DNA of 64,000 nucleotides, from the NCBI GenBank assembly GCA_951406725.2, contig OX597821.1, positions 12,834,001 through 12,898,000 on the forward strand, in the 5' to 3' direction. Under the pieces are notes generated by a model. That model saw only the letters and a program-made list of their open reading frames with translations. It ran no database searches and was not told where the DNA came from. Made by a program: the position numbers and the translations under genes. Below, one piece after another: positions 1 to 13,364 of the stretch. Source of the DNA: Octopus vulgaris (Eukaryota). Each line of letters begins with the position of its first letter. Position 1 is the first letter of the stretch.

Positions 1-183
1 TACAATTTGTTTATTTTAGTAGTTTTTACTGCAAACGTCTCTCCTAGTGTGCGGTACCTATGAATAATAGTACCCTCTATATAATATAAATAAATATTTT
101 CAAAGTGGAAACATTTACAGATTTTTTCTCTTACAAGGTTTTTCACGCTAACTACTGATTATTTCTTATAAAATCCTTAATTT

Positions 184-257
<74 letters not shown>

Positions 258-265
258 TATATATA

Positions 266-989
266 TAAATATAAAATTAAATAAGGGTAGATATTAATCA
301 ATTAAAACCAACGGCTTAGCATATTTTAAAAAATCCGAAGATTAAAAGTTGTGTTACATACAAAATTTAGAAGACTGACAACTAAAGTGGACAGCCTATA
401 TGCTAAAGACAGACGTCAAATCGCCATTACCACGAAGAATGTGTTCTGAAGAAAAATCTCAGCAAAAAAACAAAATGTAAAAATAAGCAAGACAAATAAA
501 AATATACGAAATAAAAACAAGGATTACCTATGTACCATTGGTTTCACTCGTTAATATTTACGCATATGAACACGCAAATATCTGCAAGACCGTGAGCATA
601 GCCTGTCGTTTACAAAACATAATTTCCAGAACTAGATACAGAACACCAAAGTGAAGGCATTTGAAAGATACACCTAAATACAATTTGTAGAACATTATAC
701 ATATTGGATTTGGGTTGAGCGTTCTGTAAGTAGTTCTGGAAATTATGTTTTGTAAACGACAGACTATGCTGACGATCTTGCAGATATTTGCGTCTCCATA
801 TAGTTAAATGTTAACAGGTGAAACCAATGGTACATAGGTAAACGTATTTTCTTATTTCGTATATTTTCATTTGTCTTGCTTATTTTTACATTTTGGTCTT
901 TTGGTGAGAATTTTCTTCGTGGTAACCGCGATTTGACGTCTATGTTTATCATATAGGCTGTCCACTTTAGCGGTCAGTTCTCTAAATTT

Positions 990-993
<4 letters not shown>
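266..993. repeat. Asymmetric fold-back (long inverted repeat) element between (TA)n tracts
   Basis: About 360-644 is the diverged reverse complement of about 721-993 (e.g. gtcgtttacaaaacataatttccagaacta / tagttctggaaattatgttttgtaaacgac). Spacer about 76 bp; unpaired extension 266-357. Confidence 0.85.
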
Positions 994-1042
<49 letters not shown>

Positions 1043-1044
<2 letters not shown>

Positions 1045-1227
1045 CAATAATAAATCTCTGAACGAGATGTAAACAGTAACCGCTCGACAACGTAAAGTAT
1101 ACTAGCCATCTCAATATGGCTAACCATTAAGGGTGGCAGTTACTGTACGACTCCTGGGGCTAAAAGCTACAGTAACACCCACCCTTAGTGGTTAGCCATG
1201 TTGAGATGGTTAGTATACTTTACGTTA
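1043..1227. repeat. Short fold-back element (family shared with 22462-22912 and 60428-60480)
   Basis: aacgtaaagtatactagccatctcaatatggctaaccattaagggtgg pairs with cacccttagtggttagccatgttgagatggttagtatactttacgtt. Terminal ataaatctctgaacgagat is the reverse complement of the end at about 22893-22911. Flanked by (TA)n. Confidence 0.8.
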
Positions 1228-1303
<76 letters not shown>

Positions 1304-1566
1304 TACATGCATGTGTGTGGAGTTATAATAAAAATGCAGTGAATATCTTCTTTCATGAAATTACTCTCCATCTATGTATTATATTTGTATGCAAACAACT
1401 ATATTGATGTAATTCTGATTGGAAATATTTTGCAGAAAGGCGTCTCAATATTTAAGAAATGATATTATCGATGTAAATATAATTTTTGTGCTTGGTGGTA
1501 AGACAGAGATTTATTTCGCTGGCATTGAGAAAGAATAATGAGACTGGTATCCGTTTCTCTCCATTT

Positions 1567-1874
1567 TGGTAGTAATAGTAGTAGTAGTTGTAGTAGAGGT
1601 GGTGGTGGTGGTTGTGGTATTAGTAGTTGTGGTGGTGGTGGGTGTGGTAGTAGTAGTACTTGTAGTAGTAGTAGTAGTTATGGTGGTGTTGGCGGTGGTG
1701 GTGATGGTGGTAGTAGTAGTAGTTGTGGAGATGGAGATGGTTGCTGTGTGATAGTAGTAGTAATATTAGTGTTAGTAATAGATGCTGTAGTAGTGGTGGT
1801 GGTGGTGGCTCTGGTTGGGGGGAATAGTTGTGGTTGTAGTAGTAGTGGTTGTGGTGATGGTGACTTGGGTTTTT

Positions 1875-1947
<73 letters not shown>

Positions 1948-1952
1948 AAGTA
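1567..1952. repeat. (GTA)n/(GGT)n compound microsatellite
   Basis: Directly visible trinucleotide repeats; source of the poly-S/V/T ORFs. Confidence 0.95.
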
Positions 1953-2431
1953 GTTACACCACCACCTCCAGCTGTACCTGCACCTGTGGGTGCATCAGTT
2001 GTCCGAAATTTCCATTGTAATAATTCCTTTTGTAACTTGTTTTCTTTTTGTGGTAGTTTAAGCCCCAGAGTGCTGAAGACATCAAGTTTGTTTTCTACAA
2101 CAGAACCCAACATTCGATATGATTTAAGATGGGTGAGGCTCTTTCAGTTCAGAATTATGGATGATTCCTAGTCGACAGAAGTTTCTAAAAATATGTCGTA
2201 GTCACGTTTTAGCTCATTATATTTGAAAATATTGTGTTTGTCATTTATTTACTTTTACTTTCGTTTTGAAGTTATATCTGTAGGATTTCCTTCCAATCGT
2301 CCTCATATTCTTACAAGACTAACACTTTATATTTTTTCCACTGCTGTCGATTAGGTCCACAAATTTTCTATCAGTCTATCTTTTTCAAATATGCCATCCT
2401 AGGAATTTAACTACTTAATATTAGTGCATCT

Positions 2432-3177
2432 AAAGGTGAGGAGCTGCCTGAAACGTTAGCACGCCGAACGAAGTGCTTAGCGGTATATCGTCTGCCACTA
2501 CGTTCTGAGTCGCACTTGGGTCGATATAATCGACTTAATCCGTTTGTCTGTCCTTGTTTGTCCCCTCTGTGTTTAGCCCCTTATGGGTAGTAAAGAAATA
2601 GGTATTTCGTCTGCCGCTACGTTCTGAGTTCAAATTACGCCGAGGTCGACTTTGCCTATCATCTTTTCGGGGTCGATAAATGATGTACCAGTTCCACGCT
2701 GGGGTCGATATAATCTACTTAATCCGTTTGTCTGTCCTTGTTTGTGCCCTTTATGGTTAGCCCCTTGTGTGCAAAAAAGAAATACGAAACGTTAGCACGC
2801 CTGGTGAAATGCTTAGCGGTAATTCGTCTGCCGCTACGTTCTGAGTTCAAATTCCACCGAGGTCGACTTTGCCTTTCATCCTTTCGGGGTCGATTAAATA
2901 AGTACCAGTTACGCAGTGGGGTCAATATAATCGACTAAATCCGTTTGTCTGTCCTTGTTTGTCCTCTCTGTGTTTAGCTCCTTGTGGATAGTAAAGAAAT
3001 AGGTAGTTCGTCTGTCTTTACGTTCTGAGTTCAAATTCCGCTGAGGTCGACTTTGCTTTCATCCTTTCGGAGTCGATAAATTAGCTACTAGTTGTGTACT
3101 GGTTTCGATCTAATCGACTGGCTCCCTGCCCACCCACCCCAAATTTCGGGCCTTGTGCCTAGGGTAGTAAAGAATAC
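2432..3177 (+). mobile_element. SINE family B, tandem array of about four partial units
   Basis: Repeated gttctgagttcaaattccgccgaggtcgactttgcctttcatcctttcggggtcgataaa body and tgtttagccccttgtgggtagtaaagaaata tail; B-box-like gagttcaaattcc. Same family as 61829-62041. Confidence 0.85.
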
Positions 3178-3182
3178 TTTTC

Positions 3183-3331
3183 TTACATTATTTATATTTG
3201 ATGAGTTCTCCTCATCTTTTTTGGTGTTAACACAACCTTTCGGCTGACATACCCCCCAGCATTCATCAGGTGTCGTGGGGAAATTTCGAACCTTGGTTCT
3301 CATTCCTAAGGTATTTTTCGATGTTGTTGCT

Positions 3332-3397
<66 letters not shown>

Positions 3398-3422
3398 GTT
3401 ATTATTATTATTCAGGTCACCG
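3183..3422 (-). mobile_element. SINE family C, inverted headless copy abutting the + copy
   Basis: Reverse complement of 3486-3850 (gtgacctgaataat, microsatellite, catcgaaaaataccttaggaatgagaacc, hammerhead region). Confidence 0.85.
3229..3274 (-). ncRNA. Minimal hammerhead ribozyme motif (degenerate copy)
   Basis: gacac-CTGATGA-a-tgctg..cagcc-GAAA-ggtt-gtgtt. Core intact, stem III palindrome mutated. Confidence 0.6.
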
Positions 3423-3423
3423 G

Positions 3424-3491
3424 CATATGGCGTAGTGGTTAAGAGCGCGGGCTACTAACCCCAAGATTCCGAGTTCGATTACAAGCGGTGA

Positions 3492-3588
<97 letters not shown>

Positions 3589-3887
3589 AAGAAGAAGAAG
3601 AAGACGAAGAAGAAGAAATGCTTTCTAATTGATGTAGTAGTACCAGTAGATGACAAGATTTCTCTAAAAAAGCTATAGAAACACCACCACCAACAACAAC
3701 AACATCAACATCGAAAAATACCTTAGGAATGAGAACCCAGGTTTGAAATTTTCCCAAGACACCTAATGAAGGCTGGAGGGTATATCAGCCGAAACGTTGT
3801 GTTAACAACAAAAAGATGAGGACAAATATCTGTCAAATGTAAATAATGTAAATAATGTACATAATTCCTCATCTCTTAAATATAAAC
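3424..3887 (+). mobile_element. SINE family C: tRNA head, (TAA)n/(GAA)n linker, hammerhead-containing tail
   Basis: A box tggcgtagtgg (3428-3438) and B box gagttcgatt (3471-3480). Second full copy at 10139-10563 on the - strand. Confidence 0.85.
3758..3803 (+). ncRNA. Minimal hammerhead ribozyme motif (degenerate copy)
   Basis: gacac-CTAATGA-a-ggctg-gagggtatat-cagcc-GAAA-cgtt-gtgtt. Stems I and II and palindromic ACGT intact; core G5>A. Confidence 0.65.
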
Positions 3888-4244
3888 CTGGAATACTTTT
3901 CTTTGCGTGCCAGTCATTCTCATACCGAGACAGGATCATAATATACTGTTAATGCTTTTGTTTATTATGGCTCAGATAGAAAGATATTTTATTAATTCTA
4001 CACGGCAGAAGTTACAAAGCAATTCAAGCGCGAGCAGTATCGTGTATGATAAATGCTATACCAGAAACTCTTGGCTGCTGAATGACTTTTTAACTCATAC
4101 CGATTAAAAATATTAGAACATATATAAACATATCTTTAGTTGAATATATTGTTTCTTCAACTGAAGTTGTGGATTGGCAGGTAGATAAAGACAAGATATA
4201 TATTGGCAGAAAAATAGATAGGTGGTAAATAAGCAGACTAAGAG

Positions 4245-4248
4245 ATAG

Positions 4249-4296
<48 letters not shown>

Positions 4297-4299
4297 AGT

Positions 4300-4387
<88 letters not shown>
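4245..4387. repeat. (GATA)n/(GA)n microsatellite
   Basis: Directly visible. Confidence 0.95.
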
Positions 4388-5449
4388 AAGAAAGAGACGT
4401 AGAGGCAGGAAGGTCTCTAGAGACCAAATTTAGCTCAGTCCGATCGTATGATTATAGTATTATAAATTTTTGACATGAAAAATAACCACCTTATACATTT
4501 ATTCCCATATGGATCAGAGAGAAGAGGAAGTGTCTAGACATGATAAAATTTTATTAAATGAACTAATAAGTACTAATTAATTTTTTCTGAAACTGAAAAT
4601 ATTTACTCGATTCATTTAATTTAATAATCTTTTTAAAATTATCACTTACCTATAAAGATACATCATTAATTCTTGAATTTGTCTTCAGTATAAAATAAAT
4701 ATTTAAATATAATTTTCGCTTTCAGTGACATAATCAGTCAAATGTTTAGTAAGTTACCTCTGTATTTAGTGTTAGTCTCTAATACCGATATATCTTGCGG
4801 CTAGCTGTAATCATCAGAATATTTGGAACAGAAAGCTGTAGAAATAAACATCAAAGGTATAGAATTATACTGCCAAACAGATGTTAGTAATTAGGTTTAT
4901 GACGTCATTATACGATGGAAACGTATAGGTAATGACAAATATGAGAAGAACGTGAACCAAATAAAGGTTTTATTTCTATTTTCAGAGAGGATTATAAATC
5001 ACAGCATTTACTGGGCAGATTAATGTCATCGAGAGAAAATACATTGCATGAAAATGCGCAGAAAATGTAAAGCAACTGTCCATAAACCTTTACAATTAGC
5101 AACATACCTAATAATGAACAGCCATTTTGATGCATGGGAAATGCATAAATAGGAGAGAGATTTACTAAAAATGCATGTATGCGTTTCGACTTTCTGCTGC
5201 AAATTTTAATGCTCACATTATTACAATCATTACTGCAATAATTTGGAATCCTTTTGCTGCTGCACACCTCTTTATCTGCACTGTTACTATCACGGAGAAG
5301 ACAGCCAGCCACTTCCGTCCGCAGATGACTCACGGAATTGACAAGTTTATTTTGGCTTCCGAATCATTATCAGCAACTGGATACTAATAAACGAAAAAAT
5401 AATTAAAAGTAATATAATTAATAATGATAGTAACAACAAGAACAGCTAC

Positions 5450-6998
5450 AACAACAACTAGATAAATATACTGGAAGCATACTTAGAAACAAAAAGTGGT
5501 TGACAACAACTTGTAATAAAACTACACGAAAAATATTAAAATGCTTCTCTGAAATCGCAAGGAGGTGATAAAATACAAAACAGAATCAAACTACATTGAA
5601 ACACAGAACTCAGATAAAAACACAACAGAAATTAATAAAGAAATTAAATACAATATAAACACAGAACTGCAAAACATACCAAAAAAGAAATGTAGAGAAA
5701 CATCCTTCTAAACGCAATATTTGCAAGGTTTGACTAAAGAAACGTAAGCTTAGGTAATGGCCAACAATGGTGCAAAAGTTCGCGACTAATCGGAAGTACT
5801 GATTATCGCAGCACAAGCTAATACCTAATTACAAACAACTATAAATGTAAAATAAGGAAAACAGGTCATGACATTAAATGTCGAATGCGCAACCAGGACG
5901 AGACAGTTGTGCCCATCTTCTTTGGTTGGATGATTCCGGCCGAATCTGAATATATAAACAGACACAACCGAGAAAGCAGTGATATCCACTGCTCAAATTG
6001 CCACCGCCACAACATAAAGAAAAACAAGAAATCGTATAAACGTATAAACATGTTCCAAGCAAGATGCTTAACAACTGCCGGGTCACAATCATCTGGGATA
6101 TGCATGTTCAGAGCAACAAGGAATCAAAGTGTATCGCCCAGACATAATAATCAAGGACTACAGGGTAAATATATGCTTATTCATAGATATTACAAACTTC
6201 TGACCAAAATATACCAAACTAGTGCCCAAACAGAAGTGGAGAGACTGTCAAAACAAACTCTCTTGATTGAAAAGAGAACAACCATTAATAACTCGAGCAT
6301 TCAGTATGATATATTCACGTATATGTAGAGACCATAACTTGACTCACAATAGTACGCTATCATAAAAATATCCTTACTACAAATAAGTCGTGGAGGCGCG
6401 TGGCTTAGTGGTTAGGGTGTCAGCATCATGATCGTAAAATTGTGGTTTGGATTCCTGAACCGGGCGACGCGTTGTGTTCTTGAGCAAAACACTTCATTTC
6501 ACGTTGCTCCAGTCCACTCAGCTGGCAAAAATGAGTAACGCTGCGATGGACTGGCGTCCCGTCCAGCTGGGGTACACATGCGCCATTAAAACCGGGAATC
6601 CGGGCCCATGAGCCAGGCTAGGCTTTGAAACGGCGCATATTTTTATTACGAATAAGTCACGTCCAACGCACTACAGTATCAATCCTATAATACAATTCCC
6701 ACACACGACACATTATATACACTAAGCATCTAATTGCATAAACAGACCCCACAACTGGTACTCTACATGAATGTCCAACATAATAAGACATCTTGCATTA
6801 TACTTACACAAAGTCAATAGCAACAACATCAAAGCCTCAAAATAATCTATCCAAAACCTCACAATGAAATAAACTGATGCAACAGGAAGAGTCTGCGTTC
6901 TCTTAAGAGCAACAAAAACAAGAACATGCAATGTTGCACACGTTTCAGTAACCTAGAGGTGTACCAGATGATACAGCTGACATTTGCCTGAAACTGTC
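5450..6998 (+). mobile_element. Highly degraded R4/Dong-like (RLE) LINE 3' region, interrupted by a SINE, ending in (TAA)n
   Basis: IKCRMRNQDETVV (zinc-knuckle remnant); EYINRHNRESSDIH aligns to EYIHRHDRVGTYIH of 7782-8021; TIIWDM, PDII and EVERLSK remnants. Left boundary uncertain. Confidence 0.65.
6390..6642 (+). mobile_element. tRNA-derived SINE family D with target-site duplication
   Basis: A box tggcttagtgg, B-box-like ggtttggattcc, body gttgtgttcttgagcaaaacactt..ctgcgatggactggcgtcccgtccag. Near-TSD ttactacaaataagtc (6374-6389) / ttattacgaataagtc (6643-6658). Confidence 0.8.
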
Positions 6999-7781
<783 letters not shown>

Positions 7782-7784
<3 letters not shown>

Positions 7785-8394
7785 GCTAAGAAGGAATATA
7801 TTCACAGACATGACAGAGTTGGAACTTACATACATTGGAAGCTATGCCAACATTATGGAATAACAACAGAAAAAAGATGGTATAGGCACACACCAGAAAA
7901 GGTCACAGAAAAAGAGAAAGCAACCATACTCTGGGATATGCCGATACACACAGATAGAGAAATTAAGGCCAACAGACCAGATATAGTTGTCAGAGACCAT
8001 GAAGAAAAAAATGCTTTCTAATTGATGTATCAGTACCGGCAGATGACAACGTGTCTCTAAAAGAAATGGAGAAACTCTCAAAATACAAAGACCTGGAAAT
8101 AGAGGTAACTAGAATGTGGAATCTGAAAACAGAAACAATTCCTATCATAGTAGGTGCATTAGGCATGATAAAAAAATATTCAGACAAATACATAACAAAA
8201 ACACCAGGACTTACAAACACATATAACATACAGAAAATTGCACTACTAGGCACTGCACACATCCTACGCAGAACACTTTCCATACAATAACCATCAGAGC
8301 ATCACAACAAATCACACCACATACCCAAGGCACACAGAGCTGCGCTCGGTAGTGAAGTGAAAGCACGCTATAAAAATAAAAATAAAACTACTGA
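7782..8394 (+). mobile_element. 5'-truncated R4/Dong-like LINE (RLE endonuclease domain and 3' UTR), frameshifted
   Basis: RHD..ILWD..RPDIVV..IDVS..EKLSKYKDL..IPIIVGALG motifs. Nearly identical to 50790-51392; (TAA)n on both sides. Confidence 0.9.
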
Positions 8395-8734
8395 ATAATA
8401 ATAATAATAATAATGATAATGATGATGATGATGGCGACGGAGGTGGTTGTGGAGGTGGGAGTGGTGCTGTTGGTGGTTGTGACTGCGATGACGACGATGC
8501 TGATGATAGTGTCAATATTAATGGTTTATTTCTTTCTGACATATTGAGGAATTCATTTGTTGATACATCGAATTTTCACCTTTGTAAATCTTGTGTTTTT
8601 AAAAGCTTAAAACACTAAAAAGTATTTTCTACGTTTCTTATTAAGAAATATCCTTCAGATACTTCATTTTAACCTACTTTCTATTATCTTGATTAGAAGG
8701 ATATCACGTAAGTTATAGGAGTTTAACGGAGAAC

Positions 8735-9490
<756 letters not shown>

Positions 9491-9540
9491 GCATCATTTA
9501 CAGAATGTGGAGAATCACAAACACAATTAGAATTACAAAC

Positions 9541-9652
9541 CTCTTTCTTCCTATCTGAATTACTTTTCTTTAGCTGTTGATAGAATTCTGGTCCGTTTCC
9601 CAAAGAAATTTCCCATTTTTATATATGGTGTAATCTTCGCGTATTTCGTATT
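9541..9652 (-). other. Possible exon of an unknown gene
   Basis: Acceptor gttacag, donor aagag|gtttgt. Phase-0 frame [30 protein letters not shown]. No homology evidence. Confidence 0.2.
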
Positions 9653-9729
9653 CTGTAACATATTCACATTGTATTATTTTCCTCGTGGATACATTGTAAA
9701 AGCAATATATGCATACAGATATGTATGCT

Positions 9730-9995
9730 GAGGCGAATGAGAGAAAGGCCCTGGTAGGAAGATACAGCAGCTTTAGATTGGAAGAGGCCTCGTGTCAGAC
9801 CCCGCATCAGACGGCTGGGTGTGATTGGGCTCAACGTCACCTAACAGGATGCAGAGGGGCTGCCACGGGACCGCTATCAAAGGAGAGAACTAGTGGTCCT
9901 GGTTGGCTGTACGAATGGTGACATCTCCAGGGCCACCAATCCGGGCTCACCCCAGCCTCATTAAGCAACATCATGAATCAGCAAGCAAGCAAAAC
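9730..9995 (+). mobile_element. Degraded RTE-like LINE 3' end
   Basis: RPRVRPRIRRLGVI and RDRYQRRELV resemble the RPRGRPRxRW..DRxxWR C-terminus; (gcaa)n tail. Confidence 0.5.
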
Positions 9996-10138
9996 ATGCA
10001 TGCACAGTGATACGCACAGCCAACAGACACATATATCTCTGAAACTTACTTTTGTACAATGACCTTCTACATAATCCCACTTAAGGTCATTGGTCAAGAT
10101 GTAGCTACGATTGAAGACAGTTCATTAAAGATTTTCTT

Positions 10139-10337
10139 AGTTCTATATTTAAGAGACGAGGAATTATGTACATTATTTACATTGTTTACATTATTTATAT
10201 TTGGTATCTGTCCTCATCTTGTTTGTTGTTAACACAACATTTCGGCTGATATACCCTCCAGCCTTCTTCAGTTGTCTTGGAGAAATTTCGAATCAGGGTT
10301 CTGGTTCCTAAGATATTTTTCGATGTTGTTGTTGTTG

Positions 10338-10407
<70 letters not shown>

Positions 10408-10563
10408 CATTAATTGTTATTATTATTATCATTATTATTAATTTTATTATTATTATTATCATTATTATCATTATCATTATTATTGTTATTGTTCAGGTCA
10501 CTTCTTGGAATCGAACTCGGAATTTGGGGTTTAGTAGCCCGCGCTCTTAACCACTACGCCATA
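10139..10563 (-). mobile_element. SINE family C, full-length copy
   Basis: tRNA head 10495-10563 (A and B boxes), (TAA)n linker, tail matching 3705-3887. Confidence 0.85.
10231..10276 (-). ncRNA. Minimal hammerhead ribozyme motif (degenerate copy)
   Basis: gacaa-CTGAAGA-a-ggctg..cagcc-GAAA-tgtt-gtgtt. Confidence 0.6.
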
Positions 10564-11074
10564 AGATTTTCTTACTCAGACAAAACCGAATCATATGGCT
10601 AAGAAGCGAACTTTTTAATCGTATATCCATGGCCGATTTTCTTTTTCCATGATCATTTATTCATTAAATACAGATGCAGCCATTTATGTAAGGTTTGTCC
10701 AGTAATTGCAAATAGTTCGCTTGTAATTACTAATGTTTGTTCATTTGAACATTAATCACCTTTCTCAAATATTACTTATAGTTGCATTTTGTTGTTTAGT
10801 AGGACAGCAATTTTTACCTCGCTTTTCATCAAATATTTTTTCAACGTTAGTGATTACTTATTCAGCAATTTCACTCTCGATGCAATGCATTACTTACTTA
10901 TAATAAGGTATTTAACTCTTAACGTAATTCTAATATTTAGAACAGAATGGACTGGGCTAAAAGAAAATTTGGTGATGTTCAACCGGCTGACAGTTGAAGT
11001 CTACCACTAAAATAAATTCTATTATTAACATTGATGAAATGAAATTAAAACATTACGTAAAACTGTTATAATAT

Positions 11075-11520
11075 AATAATGATAATGAAATTATTGTATA
11101 CAGTGCTCAGGTGCACCACAACTTGTCAAAAGTGCGTATAAAGCATATGCAGTAATGTACAAATGTCTGGAAAGTGAACAGTGTATGAGTCAGATACATG
11201 CTTGCGTGTGTATGGAGGGGAGAAAATCAGGTGTAGTGTTCGCGAATCTCAAGGAAGCATGGAAGTTTTGAAGGAAGCAGTGCTCCGACAACTAACAACT
11301 GATGCCGGCAGTTTGTTCCATACTTCAGCAACTCTTAGCGTGAAAACATGTTTCCGAAAGTCATGGGAGCTGTGCTGTTTTCTGACTTTGTTAACATGTC
11401 CACGGGTGTTAGATACGTGGAGTTTGAAAAGGTGCCCAGAGTTATTGTTTGTATGATTTTATAGGTGTCTGCCAAGTCAGCTGCCAGACGTCGGAGTTTC
11501 AATGTATCCATGCCCATGGT
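11075..11520 (-). mobile_element. CR1-like LINE 3' fragment
   Basis: MDTLKLRRLAADLADTYKII and RKHVFTLRVAEVWNKLPASVV..SFK match the CR1/L2 C-terminus; short UTR and (cattat)-like tail. Confidence 0.8.
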
Positions 11521-12725
11521 GAAGCTGAGAAACAAATATCCTGGATTCAAAAACCCATGGCAGATCCTGCAGTCAGCAAACTCATCAGAATATATCGATG
11601 GGAGTTATGGGATATGCACTGAACGCAGAACTAAATATATTATTAGTTTTATCAAATCAGGTTACAAGAATTTCTTTAAATGCAAATAACTTTAGTATGT
11701 TAGATACATCGAGTAGTTATTCGAGTACTTAGTGTTATCAAACACTAAATCACATAGTTAAATTAACGTGGTTTCCACATAAATATCAACATGTGGTTTT
11801 ACACTTTCATGCTTACAAGAGTTGAAGTGAAAAAATAAACAAATAAAGTGCGTTTGCTTTTCCCAGCGTTGCCTCGGGTAATTTTAGTTAAGTGGTATGT
11901 ATGTATATAGACCTTAGATATATGCTTACTAATTTAACAAATCAAATCATGGACAAGTTACATCAAAAATTCTTCCACTCAGACGCCTTGTTAATGTAAC
12001 TTGACTTGTAAAAGCCAATTTGAAAACAAATTGTTTAAAACTTGCGTAGTTCTTCATTGATTTCTAAGAAAATTGTTGTAAATGCCACAGAGAAACATGG
12101 AAACGCTTTATGTCAGACATTTTATCAAGTACTTATTTCGCAAGAAAATCGGAAAATTTAATGCTTCTAAAGTTACAGTTGTTTTCTCTTTCTAAACACT
12201 AATTCCTATAACGTTTACCTAAATTTTATCTCACGTGTTTTCAATTTATTTTTTGGCCTTTCTTCATTCCTACTTTTATTTATTTCTACTACCAACATGT
12301 TTTTACAGCCTTTTCTTTTTTTAGTTGTTAATTTCTGTTTTATATTCAATTTTGTTTTAGAGTTTACTGCTATGCCAACTAGATCTTGCTCGAATTTTCA
12401 TTGATCAAATAATGTCATACTTCTATTTACCTTCTGTTGTATATTTCCATCATTCCCTCTCACTCTTCCTCCAAATCTCTTTTCTTTTTCACTCTCACAG
12501 TCTCTACACTGACTCTCTCTCACATAGGTGCGCACACACACACGCACACATACACTTTTGTAATCATTCACACAGTGGCATATGTGATATGTATTTATTA
12601 TATATTAATAATTTTATATTAATAATTTTCATTGATTACCACATACATTTATTTCATTCCCTTTCTGTCCCCATTAATCACCACCCCTCACTTTAATATG
12701 TGTCTTAGACTTTGTGTATTGGTGC

Positions 12726-12784
<59 letters not shown>

Positions 12785-12949
12785 CATGCATACATACATA
12801 TAAATACAAATATAGATATACATAGATACACATACATATATATATATATATATATATGTATATATGTTATATATATAACATGCATACATACATATAAATA
12901 TAATATAGATATACATAGATACACATACATATATATATATATATATGTA

Positions 12950-13046
<97 letters not shown>

Positions 13047-13228
13047 ATGTGTGCGTGTGTGTTTTACTGTCTACTTGTTCCTGTTATTAGATTGCAGTCA
13101 CCTTGAAGAATTTCTATCCGAATCAATTGTCCCCAGTACTTATTTTGATAACCTTGTTTTTTTATTGTATCGATCGCTTTTGTCGAAATGCCATGTTACA
13201 GGCACATAGATATAACAATACTGGCTGT

Positions 13229-13358
<130 letters not shown>

Positions 13359-13364
13359 TTAGAT

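Noticed and set aside
1772-2113. Mucin-like Thr-rich ORF
   Set aside because: The Thr run is a (GTA)n microsatellite. The short unique part has an upstream in-frame stop and no recognisable domain.
2432-3177. CRISPR-like repeat array
   Set aside because: Eukaryotic context; the units are SINE bodies of about 170-220 bp with no unique spacers or cas genes.
3424-3496. Possible tRNA genes (also 6390, 21521, 41620-41686, 63924)
   Set aside because: A/B boxes are present, but there is no complete acceptor stem and each continues into a repeated body, so these are SINE heads.
4646-4840. Minus-strand splice-like sites (acceptor about 4836, donors about 4757 and 4649)
   Set aside because: All three frames contain stops. 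It could be a non-coding exon but cannot be supported without RNA data.
11570-11595. CTGATGA hammerhead-core heptamers (also near 4811, 27660, 56632)
   Set aside because: No downstream stem II plus GAAA and no closing stem I.
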